Shown piece after piece: positions 1 to 9,720 of a stretch of DNA of 64,000 nt. The stretch comes from Vicinamibacteria bacterium (GTDB lineage: Bacteria > Acidobacteriota > Vicinamibacteria > Marinacidobacterales > Marinacidobacteraceae): positions 320,001 to 384,000 of the forward strand of contig OY821641.1 of NCBI GenBank assembly GCA_963555995.3. Direction: 5' to 3'. Within the stretch, counting starts at the first letter, position 1, and every line of letters starts with the position of its first letter. Under the pieces are notes generated by a model. That model saw only the letters and a list, made by a program, of their open reading frames with translations, was not told where the DNA came from and searched no databases. The position numbers and the translations under genes were made by a program.

Positions 1-1
1 G

Positions 2-283
2 GTCTGGTCCTCCGACTGGGACATCTACCTCGGGACCTACCGGAGGCGCAGCGGGGACACCGCCGTGCTCCGCCAGGAGAACGACCTGGTGATCCTGTCA
101 CCCCTTTCCGAGGATCCGAGCGGTTCGAAGGGGGTGCTGAAGCCGACCGACACCCCCCACGTCTTCCGGCTGGAGAGCGACGGCTTCGGTGCCCACGGGG
201 AACTCGTGCGCTTCGAGGTGAACGACGCGGGCGAGGTCACCCGGATCTTCGTCGGGGTGAACTACTCGCACCGGGTGCGGTAG
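2..283 (+). CDS. C-terminal part of a protein running in from the left edge (possibly the C-terminal domain of a serine hydrolase)
   Basis: Frame is open from base 2 (VWSSDWDIYLGTYRRRSGDTAVLRQEND...) to TAG at 283; product uncertain. Confidence 0.55.
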   Translation, partial: VWSSDWDIYLGTYRRRSGDTAVLRQENDLVILSPLSEDPSGSKGVLKPTDTPHVFRLESDGFGAHGELVRFEVNDAGEVTRIFVGVNYSHRVR

Positions 284-300
284 GGCAGGGGCCGCCAGCT

Positions 301-352
301 TGGAACGCCGGTCTCCAGACCGGCACGCGCGGCGCGCCGCGCACGGCGCGAC
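301..352 (+). repeat. REP-like palindromic repeat
   Basis: TGGAACGCCGGTCTCCAGACCGGCACGCGCGGCGC; hairpin GCCGGTCT-CC-AGACCGGC recurs throughout the window. Confidence 0.9.
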
Positions 353-484
353 CTTGACCTGCGGGACCGTTCTTTGCCTCGGCGTTCACCTCCACGGCCG
401 AGAGTTTGATCCATGCAAATCGAGATAGTGGAAGCGATCAGCCTTCAAGAGATGGCGGCATTGCTCCGGGACTGGTGATTCGTC

Positions 485-1066
485 ATGGCTTCAAGACTTG
501 ACCGGTATTTCCAGCGCACCAGAGAGTGGCCGGAGGAAAAGCGGAAGCTCCGGGCGATCCTGCTGGACTTCCCGCTCACCGAGGAGCTGAAGTGGCGCCA
601 GCCCTGCTACACGTTTCAGGGAGCGAACGTGGTCATCCTGTCCGGGCTGAAACACACGGTGGACCTCGGTTTCTTCAAGGGCTCCCTGCTGGACAACCCG
701 CACGGGCTGCTCATTCCGCCGGGGCCGCACTCGCAGGCGTCCCGTCAACTGCGGTTCACGAGCGTCGAGGAGATCGAGGAGAAGGAACCGATCATCCGGG
801 CCACCATTCAAGACGCCATTGAGGTGGAACGGGCGGGCCTGCGGGTGGACTTCAGGCAGAAGCACGAACTGGAGCTGGTGGCGGAACTCCTCGCGAAGAT
901 GGAGTCGGACGCCGAATTCAAGGTGGCCTTCGAGGCGCTGACGCCGGGGCGGCAGCGGGGATACAACCTCTTCTTCGGCGCGGCGAAACAGTCGAAGACG
1001 CGTGCCGCGCGGATCGAGAAGCACGCGGCGCGGATTGTGGAGGGGAAGGGCATGCACGACCGGTAG
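485..1066 (+). CDS. YdeI/OmpD-associated (DUF1801 + OmdA) family protein
   Basis: EELKWRQPCYT, GFFKGSLL, AFEALTPGRQRGY, AKQSKTRAARIEK, GKGMHD motifs. Confidence 0.85.
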   Translation: MASRLDRYFQRTREWPEEKRKLRAILLDFPLTEELKWRQPCYTFQGANVVILSGLKHTVDLGFFKGSLLDNPHGLLIPPGPHSQASRQLRFTSVEEIEEKEPIIRATIQDAIEVERAGLRVDFRQKHELELVAELLAKMESDAEFKVAFEALTPGRQRGYNLFFGAAKQSKTRAARIEKHAARIVEGKGMHDR

Positions 1067-1102
1067 TCCGTCGGGTCTGATGCGGCGGTCTCGCACTTTG
1101 CG

Positions 1103-1180
1103 CGCCGTGAGGCTGGGTGGGGTTACGACGTGCGCGGCGCGGAGCGCCGCGCGTGCCGGTCTGGAGACCGGCGTTCCAAA
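1103..1180 (-). repeat. REP-like repeat, long form
   Basis: Reverse complement matches the copies at 301, 33513 and 34205. Confidence 0.9.
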
Positions 1181-1270
1181 CCGGCGGCGCCATCCGGGCC
1201 TCAGCGGCTGAGCAGGATCCGCGGTATCGCGGAGGCTCGGAAATCAGGACGCGGCGGTAGGCTGCGGGGA

Positions 1271-1768
1271 ATGTCGTACGAAGCCCTGATCGCTCTCCTC
1301 GACTACCACTACTGGGCCCGGGACCGGTTGCTCGCCGCCGTGGCGCGGATCCCTCCCCTCGACTTCCACCGCGACCTGGGCAACAGCTTCGGTTCCATCC
1401 GTGGCACCCTGGTCCATCTCGTCTCGGCGGAGTGGATCTGGTGCTCGCGCTGGGAGGGGCAGGGGCCGAGCGCGCACCTGGCTCCCGAGGACTTCGGGAC
1501 CGTCCGGGACATCCGGACGCGCTGGGAGGAGGAAGAGCGCCGGATACGAGACTTCGTCCATGGGCTCGGCCCGGACGGAGTCGGCCGCGACCTCGAATAC
1601 ACCCCGCTGGAGGGCGGCTCGACGCGCTCGGTGTTCTGGGCGATGGCGCAGCACGTCGTGAACCACGCCAGCTACCACCGGGGGCAGGTGACGACCATGC
1701 TCCGCCAGCTCGGCGCGGAGCCGCCGCCGAGTCAGGACCTGATCACGTTCTATCGGGACCGGGGCTGA
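1271..1768 (+). CDS. DinB family protein
   Basis: YHYWARDRLL, FGSIRGTLVHLVSAEWIW, HVVNHASYHRGQ metal-binding His pattern. Confidence 0.9.
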   Translation: MSYEALIALLDYHYWARDRLLAAVARIPPLDFHRDLGNSFGSIRGTLVHLVSAEWIWCSRWEGQGPSAHLAPEDFGTVRDIRTRWEEEERRIRDFVHGLGPDGVGRDLEYTPLEGGSTRSVFWAMAQHVVNHASYHRGQVTTMLRQLGAEPPPSQDLITFYRDRG

Positions 1769-1804
1769 AGGGCGTCCCCGCTATCGTTTCGCCGCTTCGG
1801 CACG

Positions 1805-2731
1805 ATGAGAGATTCAAGCGCGGCAGGGATGCGGTGGCGGCGCCGGTTCACGATCCTGACGGCGCTCTCCACCCTCGTGCTCATGGGTTGGGGCGCCTTC
1901 GTGACGAGCATCGAGGCGGGCCTCGCCGTCCCGGACTGGCCGTCGTCCTACGACTCCTACGACCCGTTCAATCCCTGGCCGGGATGGTGGCGGGTCACGC
2001 CGCTGCTGGCCGAGCACGGACACCGCCTGCTCGGGATGCTGGTCGGATTCCTGACCACCGTCCTCGCCGTCTGGACCTGGTTCACCGAATCCCGCCGCTG
2101 GCTCCGCTGGCTCGCGGTCGGGGCCTTGGCCCTCGTGTCGTTCCAGGGGTTGCTGGGCGGGCTGCGAGTGGTGTGGCTGTCGCTCGATCTGGCCGTCGTC
2201 CACGCCGCGACGGCGCAACTCTTCCTCGGGCTGGTCGTGGCGCTGGCGGCCTTCACCTCGAAGTGGTGGCTGACCCTGGATGCCGCGCGGGACGGTCCCC
2301 GCGACCACCGCCTCTGGCGACTCGCACTCGCCGCCCCCGCCGCCGTCTGGCTCCAAGTCCTCCTGGGCGCCCTGCTTCGCCATCCCGGCACCGGGATCCA
2401 TCCGTGGCTCGTTGGCGTTCACATCGCCGGGGCGGTCCTGGTCGCGGCCGTGGTGGCTGCTTTCCTGCTCCGGGTCTGGGACAAGTTTCGGCAGTCGCGG
2501 GTGCTGTACCGGGGGGCCTGGGTCCTCGCCGGCCTCGTGGATGTGCAATTGATCCTTGGCCTGACCGCGTACTTCGTCACCCTCGACGACGCCGGGATGC
2601 TGCAGCCGAGCACCGTGCAGGTAGTGGTGAACACCGGGCACGCCGTGGTCGGAGCGCTGCTGATGACGGGGGCGGTGCTGGCCGCGCTCGCCACGCACCG
2701 CTGGGGCCGGAGACCGGTCCCGGCCGGCTGA
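1805..2731 (+). CDS. ctaA: Heme A synthase (COX15/CtaA)
   Basis: GAFVTSIEAGLAVPDWP, EHGHR, QGLLGGLRV and conserved His residues in TM helices; adjacent to ctaB. Confidence 0.85.
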   Translation: MRDSSAAGMRWRRRFTILTALSTLVLMGWGAFVTSIEAGLAVPDWPSSYDSYDPFNPWPGWWRVTPLLAEHGHRLLGMLVGFLTTVLAVWTWFTESRRWLRWLAVGALALVSFQGLLGGLRVVWLSLDLAVVHAATAQLFLGLVVALAAFTSKWWLTLDAARDGPRDHRLWRLALAAPAAVWLQVLLGALLRHPGTGIHPWLVGVHIAGAVLVAAVVAAFLLRVWDKFRQSRVLYRGAWVLAGLVDVQLILGLTAYFVTLDDAGMLQPSTVQVVVNTGHAVVGALLMTGAVLAALATHRWGRRPVPAG

Positions 2732-2734
2732 GCC

Positions 2735-3601
2735 GTGAGACCGAATCTCACCCCCTATCTGGAACTCACGAAGCCCGAGATCGCGCTGGTCGTCGCGTTG
2801 TCGTCGGCGGGAGGTTTCGTGCTGGCGCCCGCGGAGTCCTTCGGCTGGAGCCGGCTGTTGTTGCTCCTCCTCGGCGTCACCCTCGCCAGCGGGGGCGCCG
2901 GCGCTCTGAACCACTGGATCGAGCGGGAGGAGGACGCCGGCATGCGCCGCACGCGGGGGCGTCCGCTGCCGTCGGGGCGCCTCGCGCCGGCGGCGGCGCT
3001 CGTCAGCGGGACCGGGCTCGCGGCGGCGGGGACCGCGGTGCTCGCCCTGGCCGTCAACCCGCTGACCGGGGGCCTGACGCTCATGACCGTGCTCCTCTAC
3101 GTCTTCGCCTACACGCCCCTGAAGCGCCGGACCCACTGGAACACCCTCGTGGGCACCGTCCCCGGCGCCCTGCCGGCGCTCTGCGGCTGGACCGCGGCCA
3201 CCGGTTCCGTCGGCTGGGGCGGCATCGCGATGTTCTCGATCCTCGTCGCCTGGCAGATGGCGCACTTCCTGCCGCTCGCCTGGATGTACCGGGAGGACTA
3301 CGGGCAGGGGGGCTTCGTGATGCTCCCGGCGGTGGACCCCGCGGGACGCTCGACGGTGCGGCAGACCCTGTTCTTCGCGGTGCTGCTCGCCGCGCTGAGC
3401 TTGTGGCCCGTCGGGCTGTCGCTGGCGGGATGGATCTACTTCGTCGGCGCCGCCGCGCTCGCGATCTGGTTCATGACGGCGGCGGCCGAGTTCCGCTGGA
3501 GCCGCGGGAAGCCCGACGCGCGCCGGGTGCTGAAGGCGTCCATCGCCTACGTGCCGGCCCTCATCGCGGTGCTGGTGCTGGATCGGGCGATCCTGGGCTG
3601 A
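2735..3601 (+). CDS. ctaB: Protoheme IX farnesyltransferase (heme O synthase)
   Basis: YLELTKP, DAGMRRTRGRPLPSG, YTPLKR, WQMAHF, YREDY. Confidence 0.93.
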   Translation: MRPNLTPYLELTKPEIALVVALSSAGGFVLAPAESFGWSRLLLLLLGVTLASGGAGALNHWIEREEDAGMRRTRGRPLPSGRLAPAAALVSGTGLAAAGTAVLALAVNPLTGGLTLMTVLLYVFAYTPLKRRTHWNTLVGTVPGALPALCGWTAATGSVGWGGIAMFSILVAWQMAHFLPLAWMYREDYGQGGFVMLPAVDPAGRSTVRQTLFFAVLLAALSLWPVGLSLAGWIYFVGAAALAIWFMTAAAEFRWSRGKPDARRVLKASIAYVPALIAVLVLDRAILG

Positions 3602-3607
3602 GCGGAG

Positions 3608-4342
3608 CTACTTCGCTTCCGCCGTCACCGCGTCCGCCATCTCCCCCAGCGTGAAGAAGACGAAGTCGAGCCGCGGCATGGCGGCGACTTTCGCGGTCGC
3701 GCCCCAGTCCCCGCCCTCCGAGAGCCGCTGGCGATCAATCCAGGCGCTCGCGAGGCCGAAGCGGTTCGCGGGGACGTGGTCGTGGTGGAGGCTCTGCGCG
3801 GTGTGGAGGACGTCCCCCCGCTCCAGCCCGAAGTCCGATTTGAGGTGGTCCATCAGGTACTCGAAGTTGGCGTCCGACGGCTTGTAGGAGCCGATGTCCT
3901 CGGCGGTGTAGAGGGCGTCGAACTCGACGCCGAGCGTGCGGGCGGAGGCGGCGATGCCGTCCCGGTGGACGTTCGAGAGGATCACGAGGCGGAAGTGGCG
4001 CTTCAGGACCCCGAGGGCCGCCGCGCTGTCGGGGAACGCGGGCCAGCGGGGCACCGAGTTCCCGAAATCCGCGTCGAGTTCCCCGTCCGTTCGCAGTCCG
4101 AAGCTGCCCGCCAGGTCTCCGTGCACGCGGGCGAGGAGGTCCGGGTAGGCAAGGTCCGGAGTGGCGCGCTCGTGCTGTCCCTCGAAGCGCGCGAAGGCGC
4201 GGAGGGCCTCGTCGCGCGTGAGCCCGATGGCGCCGTTCGACCGGATGACCGGTTGCAGCGCCTCCCAGATCCCACCCTCCCAGTCAATCAGGGTCCCGTA
4301 ACAGTCGAAGGTCAGGACCCGGTAGTCGGTCAGGCGCGCCAC
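3608..4342 (-). CDS. HAD-superfamily hydrolase (haloacid dehalogenase type II-like)
   Basis: FDCYGTLIDWE motif I, ILSNV, GSYKP, HTAQSLHHDHVPA. Confidence 0.88.
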   Translation of the reverse strand: MARLTDYRVLTFDCYGTLIDWEGGIWEALQPVIRSNGAIGLTRDEALRAFARFEGQHERATPDLAYPDLLARVHGDLAGSFGLRTDGELDADFGNSVPRWPAFPDSAAALGVLKRHFRLVILSNVHRDGIAASARTLGVEFDALYTAEDIGSYKPSDANFEYLMDHLKSDFGLERGDVLHTAQSLHHDHVPANRFGLASAWIDRQRLSEGGDWGATAKVAAMPRLDFVFFTLGEMADAVTAEAK

Positions 4343-4677
4343 TTCGTCGTCCTTGATGGTTCCTCCGGGGGCCGGGCGCCCGGCGCCGGACCCTTCGTGT
4401 TGAAGGAACGGCGCTCGCTATGGATTCCCGAACGCCGCCGGTGCAGGGATTGTTCCGTTGGAGGCGGAGGCCGCCGCCGGTCAGGGAACAATCCGGCCCG
4501 AAGACCCGCTCAGGAGACGACTCGCCGCGGCAGCGTGGGATCGAGGTGCATGACGGGGTCGTGGACGGAAGCGCCCGAGGTGCGTCGGGAGAGCTTCATG
4601 CCGCCAACTCTATGGGAGCGAACGGCGGCTCGGGAAACCGAAAGCCCCCTGCACCGGCTCCCTATACTGGGGAGCAG

Positions 4678-5247
4678 ATGACCACGCAACCGGTAATCGA
4701 GACGGAAAGACTGATCCTCCGGCCGTTGACGCTGGAAGACGCGCCGGCGGTCCAGAGGATGTCGAGCTCGGTGGAGATTGCGAAGACGACCCGCCGGATT
4801 CCCCATCCTTATGAGGACGGGATGGCGGAATGCTGGATCAACACCCATTCGCAAGCGTGGTCCAGCCGAGAGGCCGTGAGCTACGGCATCGTGGTCAGGG
4901 AGAGCGGCGCGCTGTGCGGCGCTGTCTCCGTGAGACTGTGCATGGAGGACAATCGCGGCGAACTGGGGTACTGGATCGGCGAGGAGCACTGGAACCGGGG
5001 TTACGCCACGGAGGCTGCGGCACAGGTCCTCGACTTCTGTTTCGGCCACCTGAACCTGAACAGGGTGTCCGCCGAGTACATGAAGCACAATCCGGCCTCG
5101 GCGCGCGTGCTGGAGAAGTGCGGCATGAAGCACGAAGGCATGTTGCGGCAGCACTACCTCAAGTGGGGTCGGTATGTGGATGCCGGCGTGTTCGGGTTGC
5201 TGGCGGAAGAATGGCGGCAATCCAGAGCACGTGATGAGCAGCCTTAA
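4678..5247 (+). CDS. GNAT N-acetyltransferase, RimJ/RimL family
   Basis: IETERLILRP, ELGYWIG..HWNRGYATEA, NPASARVLEKCG; ATG 4678 chosen as start. Confidence 0.9.
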   Translation: MTTQPVIETERLILRPLTLEDAPAVQRMSSSVEIAKTTRRIPHPYEDGMAECWINTHSQAWSSREAVSYGIVVRESGALCGAVSVRLCMEDNRGELGYWIGEEHWNRGYATEAAAQVLDFCFGHLNLNRVSAEYMKHNPASARVLEKCGMKHEGMLRQHYLKWGRYVDAGVFGLLAEEWRQSRARDEQP

Positions 5248-5324
5248 CGGCCTGCGGCAAAACCCACGCGGCCCGGTTCTCGCGGTGGGGGTCCCGGCGC
5301 TCACGCGGGCTTCACCACGGGCTG

Positions 5325-6776
5325 TTGAACGGGCTGGCTGCCGGACGTGACCGCTTGCAGGAAACACCCCTGAGCGAGCGCCCGCGACTGCGGCCCGTCC
5401 TCGCGCCGCTCCAGGTCGGGTCGCTGGCGCTCGGCTGCGTCATCGGCTTCGGCTGCTTCATCCTCGCGGGTGACTTCCTCGAGACCGCCGGACCGCTCGG
5501 CGCGGCGCTGGGCATCGCGCTCGGCGGGCTGGCGATGGTCGTGATCGCCCGGAGCTACGGCCTCATGGTCCGCGCCTTTCCGGTGGCGGGGGCCGAGTTC
5601 GCCTACGCCTACCGGGCCGGCGGCCGGCGCCATGCGGTGGTCTGCGGCTGGTTCCTGGCCCTCGGCTACCTGAGCATCGTGCCCCTCAACGCGACCGCGC
5701 TCGCCGTTCTCGGCAAGTTCCTCGCGCCGGAGCTGTTCGCCCGGGGTCATCTCTACACCGTCGCCGGCTTCGACGTGTTCGCCGGGGAGGTCGCTCTCGC
5801 CGCGTTCGCGGTGGTCCTCGTCGGGTTCCTTCACGCCCGGGGCGTGCAGGGGGTCGGGAGGTCCCAGGCGGCCATGACGAGCCTCCTGGTGGCGGCGGTG
5901 GCGCTGGTGGGCATCGGCGCGTTCACCGGCCCCGGCGCCAGCGTGGCCAACTGGCAGCCCTGGTTCGCGCCGGGCCGGCCGGCGTGGGCCGGCGTGCTGG
6001 CGATGCTCGCGATCTCGCCCTGGCTCTACGTCGGCTTCGACACCCTGCCGCAGGCCGCCGAGGAGTTCGCGTTCCCGCCCGGCAAGGCGTTCCGGCTGAT
6101 GGCGGCGGCGATCCTGGCCGGCGCCGGGATGTACGTGGTGGTGCTGCTGGCCACCGGGGTGGTCCTGCCCTGGCGCGAGGTGGTGGCGGGCGAGTCCGTC
6201 TGGGTGACCGGCGCCACGGTGCGGGCCAGCCTGGGAACGGCGGGAGTCGCCGTCCTGAGCGTTGCCGTCGTCACGGCGATCTTCACCGGGATCAACGGCT
6301 TCTTCATGGCGAGCAGCCGCCTCCTGTTCGGCATGGGGCGGGCGCGGCTGCTCCCGGCCTGGTTCGGGCGAATTGATCCCTCCCGCGGCACGCCGCGGAA
6401 CGCGTTGCTGTTCACCGGGGCGGCCTCGCTGCTCGCGCCCTGGTTCGGCCGCGAGGTCATCGTCTGGGTGGTGGACATGGCGGCGGTCGGCACCGCCTGC
6501 GGCTACCTGTACACCTGCCTCGCGGCGTTCTCGGTGGCGCGTCGCCGGCACGCGCGGGTGGAAGCGGTGCTCGGCGCGCTCCTCTCGGCCGGGTTCCTCG
6601 TCCTCCTCTGCGTCCCCGGGATGCCCGGCTTCATGGCGCCGCCCTCCTGGGTCGCCCTGGCCGCCTGGATCGCGCTCGGCGCGCTCTTCTACCTGCGGCG
6701 CGCCCGTGAGTTCGCGGCGATCCCCGACGCCGAGCTGGACACGCTGATCCTCGGGGCTTCGCGGGACCGCCCGTAG
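5325..6776 (+). CDS. APC family amino acid permease
   Basis: About 12 TM helices, GCVIGFG, FPVAGAEFAY, YVGFD..PQAAEE, ASSRLLFGMGR; start uncertain. Confidence 0.87.
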   Translation: MNGLAAGRDRLQETPLSERPRLRPVLAPLQVGSLALGCVIGFGCFILAGDFLETAGPLGAALGIALGGLAMVVIARSYGLMVRAFPVAGAEFAYAYRAGGRRHAVVCGWFLALGYLSIVPLNATALAVLGKFLAPELFARGHLYTVAGFDVFAGEVALAAFAVVLVGFLHARGVQGVGRSQAAMTSLLVAAVALVGIGAFTGPGASVANWQPWFAPGRPAWAGVLAMLAISPWLYVGFDTLPQAAEEFAFPPGKAFRLMAAAILAGAGMYVVVLLATGVVLPWREVVAGESVWVTGATVRASLGTAGVAVLSVAVVTAIFTGINGFFMASSRLLFGMGRARLLPAWFGRIDPSRGTPRNALLFTGAASLLAPWFGREVIVWVVDMAAVGTACGYLYTCLAAFSVARRRHARVEAVLGALLSAGFLVLLCVPGMPGFMAPPSWVALAAWIALGALFYLRRAREFAAIPDAELDTLILGASRDRP

Positions 6777-6794
6777 AAGCGCTCATTCGCAGTC

Positions 6795-6829
6795 GTAATT
6801 ATCAAAAAACTCGGTTTTTTGTAAACTAC
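6795..6829. promoter_or_regulatory. AT-rich inverted repeat (putative operator) overlapping a -10 box upstream of a DUF4143 ATPase
   Basis: GTAATTATCAAAAAAC-TCG-GTTTTTTGTAAACTAC (13/16 paired); TAAACT lies 6 nt before the ATG. Confidence 0.55.
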
Positions 6830-6833
6830 ACGT

Positions 6834-7988
6834 ATGTCCATCCCCATTCTGCGCTCTTTCTGGGTCAACCGGATCGAGCGCGCGTGGGATTCCCGCAATA
6901 TCGTCTGGCTCTCGGGAGCGCGGCGCCTCGGGAAGACCGTACTCAGCCGGCAACTGCCGGGCGCCCGTTACTTCAACTGCGATCTGCCCTCGGTGCGGGA
7001 TCGTCTCGCGGATCCCGAGTCCTTCTTCGTCCATCTTCCTTCCGGCTCCCGGATCGTGCTGGACGAAGTGCATCGCGCCAAGTACCCGGCTGGTCTCCTG
7101 AAGATCGCCGCGGACGCCTGGCCGGATATCCGCGTGCTGGCTACCGGCTCCTCCACGCTCTACGCAAGCCGGCGATTCAGTGACTCGTTGGTGGGGAGGA
7201 AATGGCCGGTTCGCTTTGCTCCGGTCCTGTGGCGCGAGTCCCCCGACTGGACCGGCGCGGCGAATCTGGAGCGGCGGCTCCTGAACGGAGGGTTTCCGGA
7301 CCAGATGCTGCTCCCCGCACCCGATCCGCTCTGGTTCGAGGAGTGGATGGACAGCTTCTTCGCGCGGGACATCCTGCCGCTCTTCGACATCCGGAACCGG
7401 GGCGGCTTCCTCCGCGTCGTCGCCTCGGTCTTCGTCCGAAACGGCGAGTTGCTGGACATCTCTGCCGTGGCCCGCGACGCCGGTGTGAGCCGCCCGACCG
7501 CCGTCCAGTACCTGAATATTCTGGACGACTGCCACCTCACGGTGCGGGTGCCGCCCTACCACGGCGGAGGTCGCCGGGAACTGGTGCGCCGCCCTCGGGC
7601 ATATGCGCTGGACACCGGCCTCGTCTGTCATCTGCGGGGGTGGACGAACCTCCGGCCGGCGGACCGTGGTCCGCTCTGGGAGAACCTGGTACTGGACGAG
7701 CTGCTGACCGCCATTCCCCAGAGCCGCGTTCACTACTGGCGCGACGCGGCGGGGCACGAAGTGGATTTCGCCATCGTTGCCGGACGGGACCGGGTGGCTG
7801 CGGTGGAGGCGAAGATCTCGCCGGACGGCTTCAGCCCCAAGGCGCTGGCGAGATTCCGGAAGGCCTATCCCGACGGCCCGAACCTGCTCTGTTGTCCTCA
7901 CGTGGACGCGCCGGTCCCGCGGCGGTTGGGAGGTTTCGAGGTCACGCTGTGCGCCCCGGCGCAGGTGGCGGAGCTGATCCGGGAGTAG
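6834..7988 (+). CDS. AAA_14 ATPase with DUF4143 domain
   Basis: GARRLGKT Walker A, LDEVH, ATGSS, GGFP, YWRD..GHEVDF, AVEAK. Confidence 0.9.
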   Translation: MSIPILRSFWVNRIERAWDSRNIVWLSGARRLGKTVLSRQLPGARYFNCDLPSVRDRLADPESFFVHLPSGSRIVLDEVHRAKYPAGLLKIAADAWPDIRVLATGSSTLYASRRFSDSLVGRKWPVRFAPVLWRESPDWTGAANLERRLLNGGFPDQMLLPAPDPLWFEEWMDSFFARDILPLFDIRNRGGFLRVVASVFVRNGELLDISAVARDAGVSRPTAVQYLNILDDCHLTVRVPPYHGGGRRELVRRPRAYALDTGLVCHLRGWTNLRPADRGPLWENLVLDELLTAIPQSRVHYWRDAAGHEVDFAIVAGRDRVAAVEAKISPDGFSPKALARFRKAYPDGPNLLCCPHVDAPVPRRLGGFEVTLCAPAQVAELIRE

Positions 7989-8007
7989 TCGTCCCCGGTT
8001 CGGGGGG

Positions 8008-9327
8008 TCAGTTGGCCGTGTCGATGGCCTGGTAGACGAGCGCGCGGAACCTGGCGTGGTCGTCCAGGCCTCCGGCCGGAATCAGCTGCGCGAGGTAGAC
8101 GACGACCAGTTCCTCCTCCGGGTCCACCCAGAAGCTCGAGTGGTAGGCCCCGCCCCAGCCGTACTCGCCGGTCGAACCCGGCGCCCCGCGAGCGCCGAGG
8201 TCGTCCACCACCCGGAACCCGAGCCCGAATCCCACGCCTCGCTCCCGGCCGAACAGCGCGCCGGTATCCGTCACGTTCCGGACGAGCAGTCCGCCGAGGT
8301 GGTCCACCGTCATGAGCTCGACGCTCTTCGGCGAGAGGATGCGCGCACCGTCGAGTTCGCCGCCGTTCAGCATCGCCTGGAGGAAGCGCCCGTAGTCGGA
8401 GGCGGTCGAGAGGAGTCCCGCGCCCCCCGAGAAGCTCGTGCGCGGCCCGTCAAGGTAGGCCCCCTGGCCGACCATGCCGCCCGGATCGGGAGCCCGGGTC
8501 AGGCCGCCCTCGCCGGCCGAGTACACGACCGTGAGGCGGTCCCCCTTTTCGGGCGGCAGGTAGAAGTGGGTGTCCGCCATGCCGAGCGGGTCGAAGATCC
8601 GGGTCCGGAGAAACTCGTCGAGCGGAACCCCTGAGGCGACCTCCACGACGGCCCCCAGGATGTCGGTCGCGTAGCCGTAGACCCAGCGTTCGCCGGGCTG
8701 GGCATCGAAGGGCAGCGCCGCCATGCGCCGCACCGTTTCGCGGATCGGCTCCTCCCGGTGGGCGAAGTACCAGCCGGTGATCTCCGCTGCCGCCCACGCC
8801 TCGGCGGCTACCCCCCCGCCGTAGCCGATGCCGGCGGTATGGGTGAGCAGGTGCCGGATGGTGACCGGTTGCCGCGCGGGCGCCACGCCGTAGGTCCCGT
8901 CGGGATTGGCGGTCGCAACCGTGGTCTCGAGGTATTCCGGGAGATGGCGGCCGACCGGGTCCGAGATCAGCAGCCGGCCGTCCTCCTGCAGGATCATGAT
9001 GGCCACGCTCACGATCGCCTTGGTCTGGGAAGCGATCCGGAAGATGTCGCCGGTCTCGAGCGGATCGTCCGCCTCCCGGTCCCGGTAGCCGAAGGCCTTC
9101 AGGTACGCGGTCTCCCCCCGATGGGCCACCAGCGCGACGGCCCCGGGCAGGGCGCCGGACTCGACGTACTCCTCGAGCGCGGCGTCGAGCCGGGCCAGCC
9201 GTTCGGGATCGAGTCCGGACGAAGGGCTTTCGGGCGGGGCGACGGCGCAGGAGCCGGCGAGGACGGCGGCAAGGGCGATCCCGGCCGAAGCGAGCCGGTT
9301 GGCGGGGTGGTCTCCGTTGACTCTCAT
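8008..9327 (-). CDS. Serine hydrolase, beta-lactamase family (probable lipoprotein)
   Basis: FRIASQTK (SxxK), [22 protein letters not shown]; LAGSC lipobox-like. Confidence 0.9.
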   Translation of the reverse strand: MRVNGDHPANRLASAGIALAAVLAGSCAVAPPESPSSGLDPERLARLDAALEEYVESGALPGAVALVAHRGETAYLKAFGYRDREADDPLETGDIFRIASQTKAIVSVAIMILQEDGRLLISDPVGRHLPEYLETTVATANPDGTYGVAPARQPVTIRHLLTHTAGIGYGGGVAAEAWAAAEITGWYFAHREEPIRETVRRMAALPFDAQPGERWVYGYATDILGAVVEVASGVPLDEFLRTRIFDPLGMADTHFYLPPEKGDRLTVVYSAGEGGLTRAPDPGGMVGQGAYLDGPRTSFSGGAGLLSTASDYGRFLQAMLNGGELDGARILSPKSVELMTVDHLGGLLVRNVTDTGALFGRERGVGFGLGFRVVDDLGARGAPGSTGEYGWGGAYHSSFWVDPEEELVVVYLAQLIPAGGLDDHARFRALVYQAIDTAN

Positions 9328-9420
9328 GGCCTCCTCCTGACGGAGCGGATCATCGCACCGTCGGTGCGTGCCCGTTCCGGATGCACCTGACAATGCTCGG
9401 CCACAGGCCCAGGCCGCGGT

Positions 9421-9720
9421 CTACGGCGATCTCTCGACCAGTTCGATCCGGAGATCCTTGCCGAGCGCCGCGGCCGCCCGACTCATGGAGAGGAGCGTCA
9501 CCGACCTGTTGTCGGGATTGAGGAGCCGGTCGAGGGCTGCGCGGCTGGTCCGCATCCGGGACGCGAGTTCCGAATTCGTAATCCCCTGTTGCTCGATGGC
9601 CTGGCGCATCTGAAGCGCCAGGACACGCTTGACGGCGGCGGCTCGTACTTCCGCGAGCGCGCCGTCCTCTTCGAGGAGTTCGTCGATGGACGAGCCGATG
9701 TGCGGGTGCTGCCTAGTCAT
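9421..9720 (-). CDS. XRE-type HTH antitoxin (HigA-like)
   Basis: HIGSSIDELLEEDG, ELASRMRTSRAALDRLL; overlaps the upstream toxin. Confidence 0.85.
   Translation of the reverse strand: MTRQHPHIGSSIDELLEEDGALAEVRAAAVKRVLALQMRQAIEQQGITNSELASRMRTSRAALDRLLNPDNRSVTLLSMSRAAAALGKDLRIELVERSP

Noticed and set aside
401-412. AGAGTTTGATCC matches the start of 16S rRNA and the 27F primer
   Set aside because: The match ends after 12 nt and no rRNA sequence follows; chance match.
1432-3654. Long alternative ORFs such as 1432..3654, 23365..25965, 29747..32041, 44360..47029 and 59084..61543
   Set aside because: Shadow frames of well-supported genes in high-GC DNA; Arg/Pro/Gly-rich or antisense, with no recognisable motifs.
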